A stretch of 64,000 nt of DNA from Ktedonobacterales bacterium (lineage in GTDB: Bacteria > Chloroflexota > Ktedonobacteria > Ktedonobacterales > Ktedonobacteraceae): assembly GCA_038209195.1 (NCBI GenBank), contig JBBQXY010000002.1, positions 9,606 through 73,605 of the forward strand, read 5' to 3'. The notes under the pieces were generated by a model that saw only the letters and a program-made list of their open reading frames with translations, had not been told where the DNA came from and did not search any database. Position 1 is the first letter of the stretch. Each line of letters opens with the position of its first letter. Shown here piece by piece: positions 33,483 to 41,925 of the stretch. The translations under genes were made by a program, and so were the position numbers.

Positions 33483-34521
33483 CAATACTCGTTCGCACGT
33501 AGCTCAGTTAGCCGCTCAACAGCTCCTTCTTGTTGAGCGGCTTCGCATTTTTTTAGCAGCACTCCAAAGTGACTTGCGTGCTGACGTTGAACGTGCGCTG
33601 GCATCTGAAGGGAAATTATTATTTCCAACAGCCAAAGAAGACGTTGCTCAAGCCTCCCGCATTGCTGGTTCCTGGTCGCTTTTAACGTTCCTGGTGGCTC
33701 AAACGGTTATGCCTGAAATCGATCTTGCGTATGCCAGTAACGTTGCTATAGCGACCGAATGTTTTATTTGTGCCCTTGATCTGCTGGATGATATAGAAGA
33801 TGATGATCAGACACCGATAGTCCAAACTTTGGGCATTGCCCGCACGCTGAATGTCTCGACCGCGCTCTTAACGTTGGCGCAACAGGCTCTCCTCTCGCTA
33901 TCCCAATACCATGTTCCAAGTGAACGCATAGTACTACTGCTTGATACCCTCCAAGCTTGTACGTTAGCGGCTGTGGTCGGTCAGCACAGAGACATCCTGG
34001 CCGAACAACAGCCAGCGCAAGATTTTACTGAGCATGATTGTATAGAAATTGCTCGTGGGAAGGCAGGTTCGCTGATGCGCCTGGCTTTTCTATTTGGCGC
34101 GATTTGTGCTGGCGCGGATGAACAGACCCTTGACCAATGTTCCACACTAGGTGAACTTCTGGGGATAGCCCATCAACTTGACAATGATGCTCACGACTTG
34201 TATTATCTACTACAAGGTTATCCTTCCATTGAAACGCTTGCAGCAGGAACGAATACCACTTCACCTGCCGTGAAAACAGACCTGGCACGAAGTAAGAAGA
34301 CGCTACCGGTTGTGCTTGCCGCTCATAGCGAAGAGGTTCTTCAAGGAAATGCATTGCCAGCCGATGAAAAGAAACAAGTGCATCAACGCGCACTACTTGA
34401 TGGAATAATTACAACTTGGGGCATTTTTCTCCTGTATCGTGAGCGAGCACGTGACAGTTTACGGGAGATTGAGACTCATTTGCCGCTTAGTCCATTACTG
34501 AGACTACTTTTAGGTTTATAG
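33475..34521 (+). CDS. polyprenyl-synthase-fold protein, ComQ-like candidate peptide prenyltransferase
   Basis: The acidic first motif is LLDDIEDDD (33781-33807), with no following RRG. It also has GQHRDI, RGKAGSL and a degenerate second motif LDNDAHD. The protein is 348 aa and helical. Confidence 0.7.
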   Translation: MDDNTRSHVAQLAAQQLLLVERLRIFLAALQSDLRADVERALASEGKLLFPTAKEDVAQASRIAGSWSLLTFLVAQTVMPEIDLAYASNVAIATECFICALDLLDDIEDDDQTPIVQTLGIARTLNVSTALLTLAQQALLSLSQYHVPSERIVLLLDTLQACTLAAVVGQHRDILAEQQPAQDFTEHDCIEIARGKAGSLMRLAFLFGAICAGADEQTLDQCSTLGELLGIAHQLDNDAHDLYYLLQGYPSIETLAAGTNTTSPAVKTDLARSKKTLPVVLAAHSEEVLQGNALPADEKKQVHQRALLDGIITTWGIFLLYRERARDSLREIETHLPLSPLLRLLLGL

Positions 34522-34588
34522 GAGATGTCTGACCTGGCATCTGCATTTGGTAGGAGTAAGTGGTGTGGCTTACGCGAGAGGAAGTTGT

Positions 34589-37522
34589 ATGAGAAATATC
34601 TCCTGGACGCAGGCCAGGGTTGGACGCTTCTTAATAATCCTCGTGGCTCTGGTATTCTATACATTCTTATTATATTTTGATGCCTCACGATATTTCCCTC
34701 GCGCTTTTCCAGGAAGTTCTTCTTTTTCCTGGCTCAACTGGTTAAGCTTTGATTTTTCCGCTTTAGTGGCATTATTTTTTTGGGCAGTGGGAGCATTAGT
34801 TTGGCTTTTCGCTCGTCACCGCCAGGTTGCTCTATTACTTTTCAGCTTCTGTTTAGCCATGATGGCCACTTTTGCGGTAGAAAATGCTGCGGCATCAAAT
34901 GATTCTGCCTCATCATTAATTGGAGCAGGAGCTAGTGCTATAGCTCTCCTGCTTTTTTCAGCTTTGTTGCTGGTTTTCCCGCGCAACTTTCTCGCATTTC
35001 CGCAGCAAGACGAGCTATCAGGAACATCAGAAACACGTTCAAGAGGTCAACGTCAACATCCGAAGCAATATTATATCGCACTAGGTTTACGAGGGTATCT
35101 CATTGCGCTCGTTTTGTTGTGTGTTAGTAGTCTTATCTTCTCGGCTTTTGGTTCCTTCCTCCCGTTGCCATTAGTAAATGTGCTCAATATTCTTGATTAT
35201 ATTTACAGGTTGATGACTATGGTAGGCCTCCTGGTCACTATTCTCATGTCCTATTTCTCATCCTATTCTGTGCGAGAGCGTCAACAACGCCGCCTATTTG
35301 TGATTGGGGTTATTCTGTCTGTTGCCCCTTTTTTATTGCTCTCATTTATACCAGCAGTTTTACAGTTCTCACCCCAATACGTCGCTGACAGTGAGGTAAC
35401 GACCATTCCTATTGTGCTGTTTCCGCTTGCCCTGGGTTATACCATTTTGCGCTACCAGATATTAGTCTTTGATATGTACATTCGCCGTGCGGCTGCATGG
35501 ATGGTTGGCGTAGTGGGTTTAACGTTTCTGGGCTATCTGGTAGTGACAATTGGCAGCGTTATTTTGTCGAAAACCATCTCATCCTACGTCGTCTTTGTCG
35601 TGGTCGCCATGGCCCTGCTCTCGCCATGTATCTGGTGGTTGGCAAAGCTAGTGACGGAACGCCTCTTCTTCAGCGAAATTTTACACTATCGGACGCTGAT
35701 TGATGGCCCTGATATTATGTCGAGTGAAACATTCGACCTCAATGAAGCGGCGCGTTTACTCACCGTTGCCGCTGTTAATACCTTTGAAACGCAGGAAGTA
35801 TGCTTATTTGTTTTGGATGAGGATACTGGCTGTTTCCAAATATATCCTCCGCTCACAGAAAAAGACTCCCATGATGCCGCGCGTCGCGACCTGGCACAAC
35901 AACTATTGCAGACAGTGAAAATCCCTTCCCACGAGGGATTTGCTTGGCTGGATGCTAATGAGCCTTTCCTGATAAACCTGGCCGTCGCTCATCGTCCTTT
36001 GCTGCTTAGCGAGGCAATGAAAGCAGACGGTGAGGTATCGCTTGGCCTGGGTCGGTATTTAGCAGGTACCACAGTTCTCAATAGTGCTGAACCCCTCCTT
36101 GCAGCCGTACAAGCCCAGGGGAGGATGATTGGTATACTAGCCTTGGGCAAACGAGGAGATCGTCAACTCTATGCAGGCCCAGACTTTGAGGCCATCTTTC
36201 ACATGTTGGCACGTTTCTCTCCTGTCTTGGAGATAGCACGGCTGTATGTGAAGGAGAGTCAGCACGTTGCTATCCTCAATACACTCTATAGTGCTAATAC
36301 CTTGACCATCAAAGATTATGAGACAATCGAAGAGGTTGCGAGTGCCTATACAAAAATTGCCGCGGATGCCACTACGACTGGGGCAAGTCTCTGGTTGTAT
36401 AACCAGCAAGACAACAAGGTACATTTTGTGACGTACGCGGGTTCTGGTCCGCGCTTGATGAGCCAGCAACCAACGATGTCGCTCCATGAGATGGATTGGG
36501 CACCGTGGTTTTATCATGGGAAGGGCAAGCAGGCATGGAATGGCGATGCGACCAACGTTCCTTCGTGCCTAGAACAGGCTCCGTATTTCCCTGTGGCTTG
36601 GATTCCGCTGTACCGCGGTAAACAACCACTAGGACTGCTCACGTTGACGTATGACCGTCCACATCTTTTTTCGCAAGAAGAGAAGCGGGTGCTGGAGATG
36701 TTTGCCAGGCAATGTGCCGTAGCACTGGAAAATGCTAGTATTACGATAGAGCTGCGTGCCGCTTATGAGCGCCAAAAAGAGTTAGATACCCTGAAGGATC
36801 AGTTTATCATTACGGCATCCCATGAGCTGCGCACGCCACTTACGGCTGTCTTGGGCTATATTGAACTGCTAGCAGCCTATAATTCCAGTCTTTCTTTAGA
36901 AACACGGGCTGATTTTATTGCCAAGGCCCATCATGGCTGTGATGAATTAGCACTGATGGTGAATAACATCATGGACGCCAGCCGCGTGCAACTTGACGCT
37001 GAGAACATCAAGTTGAGTAAGCTATCACTGGGTGAACCCATCACACATGTTCTGGAAATTCTCGAAGCTATGACGAAGCGGGAACAGCGCACTGTACTGG
37101 TAAGCATACCCGCTGAGGTAAGTGTGATGGCGAATGCGATACAATTGCGCCAGGTCTTATTAAATTTAATGAGTAATGCCCTTAAATATTCGCCGCAAAG
37201 CAGTACCATTGAGATTACCTGCGAGACCGATGATGAGCATGTGTTAATACGGGTACATGACCACGGACTTGGTGTACCAGTAGAAGATCAACTTCACCTG
37301 TTTGAACGTTTTGTCCGCCTTGAACGCGACATGAATAGCCCTGTGCGCGGTGCAGGTTTGGGTTTGTATATTTGTAAACAATTAGTGGTTGCGATGGGAG
37401 GAGAAATCTGGGTGGAAAGCAGTGGTATCCCCGGAGAAGGCAGTAGTTTTGTTTTCAAACTCAAGCGCGGTACCCGTGGCTCAGATACGAATAAGCTTGC
37501 ATTAGAGCACCAGGAAGTATAG
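34589..37522 (+). CDS. polytopic sensor histidine kinase (ComP-like architecture)
   Basis: About 10 N-terminal TM helices are followed by a central region that may hold GAF-like domains. It has an H-box (ITASHELRTPLTAVLGY), an N-box (LLNLMSNALKYS), G1 (DHGLGV) and G2 (GAGLGLYICKQLV). ATG 34589 follows GAGAGGAAG. The ORF track starts at a TTG at 34547. Confidence 0.9.
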   Translation: MRNISWTQARVGRFLIILVALVFYTFLLYFDASRYFPRAFPGSSSFSWLNWLSFDFSALVALFFWAVGALVWLFARHRQVALLLFSFCLAMMATFAVENAAASNDSASSLIGAGASAIALLLFSALLLVFPRNFLAFPQQDELSGTSETRSRGQRQHPKQYYIALGLRGYLIALVLLCVSSLIFSAFGSFLPLPLVNVLNILDYIYRLMTMVGLLVTILMSYFSSYSVRERQQRRLFVIGVILSVAPFLLLSFIPAVLQFSPQYVADSEVTTIPIVLFPLALGYTILRYQILVFDMYIRRAAAWMVGVVGLTFLGYLVVTIGSVILSKTISSYVVFVVVAMALLSPCIWWLAKLVTERLFFSEILHYRTLIDGPDIMSSETFDLNEAARLLTVAAVNTFETQEVCLFVLDEDTGCFQIYPPLTEKDSHDAARRDLAQQLLQTVKIPSHEGFAWLDANEPFLINLAVAHRPLLLSEAMKADGEVSLGLGRYLAGTTVLNSAEPLLAAVQAQGRMIGILALGKRGDRQLYAGPDFEAIFHMLARFSPVLEIARLYVKESQHVAILNTLYSANTLTIKDYETIEEVASAYTKIAADATTTGASLWLYNQQDNKVHFVTYAGSGPRLMSQQPTMSLHEMDWAPWFYHGKGKQAWNGDATNVPSCLEQAPYFPVAWIPLYRGKQPLGLLTLTYDRPHLFSQEEKRVLEMFARQCAVALENASITIELRAAYERQKELDTLKDQFIITASHELRTPLTAVLGYIELLAAYNSSLSLETRADFIAKAHHGCDELALMVNNIMDASRVQLDAENIKLSKLSLGEPITHVLEILEAMTKREQRTVLVSIPAEVSVMANAIQLRQVLLNLMSNALKYSPQSSTIEITCETDDEHVLIRVHDHGLGVPVEDQLHLFERFVRLERDMNSPVRGAGLGLYICKQLVVAMGGEIWVESSGIPGEGSSFVFKLKRGTRGSDTNKLALEHQEV

Positions 37523-37671
37523 TGCTCCTGTAAACATTCCTAGAATTATGGAGTTACTACACGGGACATTACCCATCATTCTCCTGCACAACGTCTTTGA
37601 GACGAATACGTGAGTTGGTCAATCCTTAGAGGATCACCAATAGAACAATTATTTGCAGGAGAATACAACAT

Positions 37672-37938
37672 ATGACAACCATGCGTCGGGAAACCGTTAG
37701 TGTCACTCCACGCCAGCTAGAGATACTTACCCTTCTATCAGGTCGCGATCACTGGCTAGTGGGTGAAATTGCAACAGCACTCAAAGTTAGCTCCGCGGCA
37801 GCGACAAAAGCAATTGCGCGTTTGGAGCGTAAGGGGCTAGTAGTACGAGCAATCGATATGATGGATCGCCGTTGTGTGAACGTGAGCCTTACACGCTCAG
37901 GGAGCGAGACTGCCCGCCGACTCGCCCAGAATGTATAG
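37672..37938 (+). CDS. minimal MarR-type winged-helix transcriptional regulator (88 aa)
   Basis: The wHTH core is LTPRQLEILTLLSGRDHWLVGEIATALKVSSAAATKAIARLERKGLVVRAIDMMDRRCVNVSLT. The terminal dimerisation helices of full-length MarR proteins are missing. Confidence 0.75.
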   Translation: MTTMRRETVSVTPRQLEILTLLSGRDHWLVGEIATALKVSSAAATKAIARLERKGLVVRAIDMMDRRCVNVSLTRSGSETARRLAQNV

Positions 37939-37977
37939 GAATTGCGTATTACACATACTACCGCCCACAAAAGTTTT

Positions 37978-38040
37978 GTTCGCCTATGTAATGTGGGTCT
38001 GATAGCCTTCGGCTATCAGACCCACATTACATAGGCGAAC
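37978..38040. terminator. perfect 30-bp stem hairpin between convergent genes
   Basis: The arms are gttcgcctatgtaatgtgggtctgatagcc and ggctatcagacccacattacataggcgaac, separated by the loop ttc. Confidence 0.7.
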
Positions 38041-38054
38041 AGGCTCGATGAAAT

Positions 38055-38693
38055 TCAGGAGGCTTTGACGTAGCCCCTATCTTTGGCATACTGCCAGAGC
38101 GAACGTTGCAATTGGCGACGCGCACGGGATATTCGGCTCATTACTGTGCCTATCGGTATATTTAATGCTTCAGCAATCTCTTTGTATGATAAGCCTTCGA
38201 TATCGGCGAGGATGACTGCTATGCGAAAATTCGGCGGCAGGTCATTGAGCGCGTTATGAACATCTTCATCTAAATAGTGGCTCAGTACTTCTTCCTCCGC
38301 CCCCGCACTGAGTTCCTGCCCGCTTAAATCCTTGATGCGGTTATAAATATAGAAATCTTCTCCCTCGGGTAGCGATGCTGTTGAAGGATGAGTAGCCTGT
38401 TTGCGATAGCGATTAATCGCGGATGTATTTAAGATGCGGAAAAGCCAGGCACGTAAATTGGTGCCAGGTTGATAGGTATGGGCAAAACGAAATGCTTTGA
38501 GCATCGTCTCTTGTACCAGGTCTTCGGCTTCTTGCTGACTGCTCATCATGCGCCGCGCAGTACGGTATAGACTATCGAGTTGAGCCAGGACTCCTGCCTC
38601 AAAATCTTCAGTTTGTTTCTGTTCAGTATCTGTCAACTGCTCTTTTGGTTCCGGTATGGTCTCTTCCGGTTCCACGATTGGCTGTTCCGACAT
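38055..38693 (-). CDS. ECF (group 4) RNA polymerase sigma factor, SigR/SigE-like
   Basis: Region 2 is DLVQETMLKAFRFAHTYQPGTNLRAWLFRILNT. Region 4 is VILADIEGLSYKEIAEALNIPIGTVMSRISRARRQL. There is an acidic N-terminal extension. Confidence 0.9.
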   Translation of the reverse strand: MSEQPIVEPEETIPEPKEQLTDTEQKQTEDFEAGVLAQLDSLYRTARRMMSSQQEAEDLVQETMLKAFRFAHTYQPGTNLRAWLFRILNTSAINRYRKQATHPSTASLPEGEDFYIYNRIKDLSGQELSAGAEEEVLSHYLDEDVHNALNDLPPNFRIAVILADIEGLSYKEIAEALNIPIGTVMSRISRARRQLQRSLWQYAKDRGYVKAS

Positions 38694-38750
38694 GCAAAAC
38701 TCCTCGCTTGTGGTCGTCCAGTACCTTTGCAGTATATCGCACTCTGAATG

Positions 38751-38776
38751 GGAATGAAACCCCCCCTCAGTATGTT
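38751..38776 (+). promoter_or_regulatory. SigR/SigH-type ECF promoter: GGAAT-N18-GTT
   Basis: GGAAT (38751-38755), an 18-nt spacer, then GTT (38774-38776). It lies about 50 nt upstream of the anti-sigma ATG at 38828. Confidence 0.55.
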
Positions 38777-38827
38777 AGAATGTACAGAATATATGACGGA
38801 CGAGCCAGTGCAGGAGGATAAAGAATC

Positions 38828-39130
38828 ATGAACTGTTATGAAAGTATCGCTCGTCTTCATCTCTATATTGGTCGGGAACTCAACACGGAAGAGGTCGCTG
38901 TTGTCCAGCAACATCTTACAAATTGTCCATTATGTGAATGTCGCTTTCAATTTGATATGAAAGTGCAACGACTTATCCACGAGCGGTGTACTATCGAACA
39001 GGCACCCGCGCACCTGCGCGAGGCTGTATTACGAGTAGCACGTTCGCCCATTGGTGAGTCAGTCGAACTTGATCCCGCAGTAGCGATGGAGATTCGAGCC
39101 GATTTGGCAGAGCTGGAGGACTGTGAGTAG
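38828..39130 (+). CDS. zinc-binding anti-sigma factor (ZAS), RsrA-like
   Basis: The H-x3-C-x2-C motif is HLTNCPLC. An N-terminal Cys (MNC) and a downstream RLIHERC are also present. It is 100 aa and soluble. An AGGAGGA RBS lies upstream. Confidence 0.8.
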   Translation: MNCYESIARLHLYIGRELNTEEVAVVQQHLTNCPLCECRFQFDMKVQRLIHERCTIEQAPAHLREAVLRVARSPIGESVELDPAVAMEIRADLAELEDCE

Positions 39131-39264
39131 TTTTGTGCAGACACGCTCACAGTCCAAGCCCAATGACAACAAAATTGCACCACTGCTAGTATTAGCAGTA
39201 CCTCACTTTTGGTCAGCAGAAGCGCAAGGCCGGAAAGCGACAGTAGACTATTGTCAGGTCGTGT

Positions 39265-39984
39265 TTACACGCTGATCCCTAGGGTAAAAAAGTGATTCAG
39301 GGAAGGTAGGAGGTTGAAGAAAATACATACGCCGGCAAAGATCATTACGATACCTGTGCCAATTTCGATTTTCCCTAGATGTGGCTTGAGCCATTTTAAC
39401 CCTCTACTGAGTTGATCTACGCCCAGTCCTAAGAGCAAAAACGGTAAGCCGAGACCAAGCGAATAGACCAGTAAGAGGGTGACACCTTGGCGCAGCGTTG
39501 CCGCGCTGGCTGCTAGGCTCAGAATCGGGCCGAGGATAAGGCCGACGCAAGGCGTCCAGCCGATGGCGAAGATGATGCCGAAGAGCAGAGAGGCATAGTA
39601 ACTGGGACGGCTGGGATGAAATTCAAAGCGTTTTTGCAAGTAAAGCCAGGGTATTTTCAGAATGCCGATCATTTGCAGTCCAAAAAGGATCAGGACGATG
39701 CCGCCAATTTGGCGAAGCAGAAATTGGTAGCTGCGTAAAAAACTGCCCACCGTGCTGGCAGTTGCTCCCAGAGATACAAAAGCCAGAGTGAACCCAACGA
39801 CGAACGTCAATGCATGCAAAAAAGTGTTCAGACGGCTGCCTAAAGTATGCTGATCGGCTTGATAGACGCTATGCCCCACTAATTGAGCTAAGTATATTGG
39901 AACCAGTGGCAAAACGCATGGTGAGAGGAATGAGGCCAATCCAGCGAGAAACGCGAACCCCAGACTGATCTGCGATAAATTCAT
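39265..39984 (-). CDS. ccdA: cytochrome c biogenesis / thiol-disulfide transfer membrane protein CcdA (DsbD core family)
   Basis: It has six TM helices. The two conserved Cys lie in SPCVLPLVPIY and TPCVGLILGP. Confidence 0.85.
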   Translation of the reverse strand: MNLSQISLGFAFLAGLASFLSPCVLPLVPIYLAQLVGHSVYQADQHTLGSRLNTFLHALTFVVGFTLAFVSLGATASTVGSFLRSYQFLLRQIGGIVLILFGLQMIGILKIPWLYLQKRFEFHPSRPSYYASLLFGIIFAIGWTPCVGLILGPILSLAASAATLRQGVTLLLVYSLGLGLPFLLLGLGVDQLSRGLKWLKPHLGKIEIGTGIVMIFAGVCIFFNLLPSLNHFFTLGISV

Positions 39985-40057
39985 ACCCTGCTGTCACTCC
40001 TGCTAACTCACAATCTCTTCCTGAAATAGTATAGCGCGAAAGTGCAGTCTGCACAAG

Positions 40058-41812
40058 CTACAATTCGTACAGGAGAGGATATTTGGCAAGCCATTTCTTC
40101 AGCAACAGCCGCGCGGATGTGCATAGTTCGTCTTCATTATGTTTTACTGGGCTGCTAAAGGCAGCGAGTTCTTGGATACAATAGAGAACGATAGCATCAG
40201 CAGTGGTGGACAGTGGGTCTAGGGCATCGAGAGCGTTAAGCGCGGTAATAGCTACCAGTTCGTCGGAGTCCAATAACGCCTCGAGCAGAGCGGGAATAGC
40301 CCAATGAGCAGCAACTTGTCCCAGGATAAAAGCGATACATGCCCGTACACCGCTATCAGTGTCATGATGCAAGAGGTACAGCAGTTGCGCATGAAGTGTT
40401 GGTGGTTGATTGTCCAACATGCAGAGTAGTTCTATAGCGCGTTGGCGCACCCAAGCATGAGGACTTGCCAGCAACCGCAAAGGCGTTCCATCCTGGTTGA
40501 TCGCGGCGCAAATAGCCGTGTTTGCGGGCAATTTCCTCCGCGTGCGTGTCTGCCAAACGAGGTAAGCCAGTGAATCAAGTGCTGTAACCTGTACCTCTTC
40601 ATTGGGTTGTGCTAGTACATAGAGCAGCCATTGCACCACTTTTTCGCGTATAGGAAGACGCAAAACACCATGCAGTAAGCGCAATGCCTCGATAGCTTCA
40701 ATCTGGCCTAGGTGCTCACAATTCTGTAGTGCTATACCCAGCACTGCCGTCACATATTCTCCCCCTATAGCTGCCAAAGTATAACCAGCTTGCCGCCGTA
40801 CAGTCGAACGTGTTGCTTGTAAAAGCGGTAGGATGTTAGCTGAAAACATATGTTGCCGCAGGATTAGACGTATAGCTTTGTGCTGTGCCATCTCTTCCAA
40901 GGCCAGAAGGGCAGCGATTTGCACAGACGGTATACAAGAAGCAAGCAAGGGGAGTAGCAAGAGCAGCGTGGATGGCTGGACAATAGCGCCTAGTGTGCGC
41001 GCCGCAAGTTGGCTGATCTCTGTATTTTCGTCGGTGAGTGCGGCGAGCAGTAGACGAGTTAATTGTTCGTGTTGTTGGGGGTTAAGGTGTGTTGGCGGCT
41101 CCGTTGCCAGAATAAAGATTGTTGCCTTACAAACTTCGCCTGTTGTGTTTTCGGCCAATAGCTTCATGAGCACTTCAATGCCGCTACTATCCCCGCTACG
41201 TAATAACGTGTAGGAAGCTGCGAGCCGAACAGATATCGGTTCCTGTGTGCTTTGGCAGATACGCAGTGCTGCTCGGGTTGACTCTTGCAATGGTTCGTTA
41301 CTTGTCAGATTGGCTAAGGCCATTGCCGCGGCGTAGCGCGTTGTCTCCCACGGTGCCGCCAGCCCATCACATAACAGCGCTTCGTAGCAGGAATCCGATT
41401 GCGCATCAACCGCTTCTATGACACTGGTCCAGAGTACGGGGCCAGCGGGTTGAGAAATGGCAGGGTGTTGTAGCAGTGCATCGAGCGAAAGGTTTGCGTC
41501 CTGGCAGAGGTGAATGAGCAAACGGCTGCACTGTTCGTATTGCAGGGGCCATCCGGGCCAGGGTGGCGAAATAAGTTCAGGGTAGTGATGCAGTGTGCTT
41601 AACAACAATGGCAGCACAGCGGAACCCTGGCGAGCCAAATAGCGTGTAGCACGCAAGCGCGTATCAAAAGCAGTTTCGGGGCCAAGCAAAAGGGTCAAGG
41701 CCTTGAGGGTACGTTCTTGCCTGGCTGTGTTATATGGAAAATGCCGCCCCTTGGGCTGCTCTGAGGGTAAGCGATTCGAAAGTTGTCGTCTGTTGCTATA
41801 TTCACTAATCAT
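40058..41812 (-). CDS. HEAT/armadillo-like repeat protein
   Basis: The 584-aa protein is Leu/Ala-rich with repetitive helical units (..VRxxAAxxLxxIG.. pattern). No catalytic motif is present. Confidence 0.65.
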   Translation of the reverse strand: MISEYSNRRQLSNRLPSEQPKGRHFPYNTARQERTLKALTLLLGPETAFDTRLRATRYLARQGSAVLPLLLSTLHHYPELISPPWPGWPLQYEQCSRLLIHLCQDANLSLDALLQHPAISQPAGPVLWTSVIEAVDAQSDSCYEALLCDGLAAPWETTRYAAAMALANLTSNEPLQESTRAALRICQSTQEPISVRLAASYTLLRSGDSSGIEVLMKLLAENTTGEVCKATIFILATEPPTHLNPQQHEQLTRLLLAALTDENTEISQLAARTLGAIVQPSTLLLLLPLLASCIPSVQIAALLALEEMAQHKAIRLILRQHMFSANILPLLQATRSTVRRQAGYTLAAIGGEYVTAVLGIALQNCEHLGQIEAIEALRLLHGVLRLPIREKVVQWLLYVLAQPNEEVQVTALDSLAYLVWQTRTRRKLPANTAICAAINQDGTPLRLLASPHAWVRQRAIELLCMLDNQPPTLHAQLLYLLHHDTDSGVRACIAFILGQVAAHWAIPALLEALLDSDELVAITALNALDALDPLSTTADAIVLYCIQELAAFSSPVKHNEDELCTSARLLLKKWLAKYPLLYEL

Positions 41813-41925
41813 TTACTTACACGCTGCTTTCCAGGTTAGTAGATAGTACTCTCTTTTATTTATACCAATCCCTACCAAATGTGGAAGGTGGAGGAGGCAG
41901 GAAGTGAGGCTGGAGTAAGATCGTG

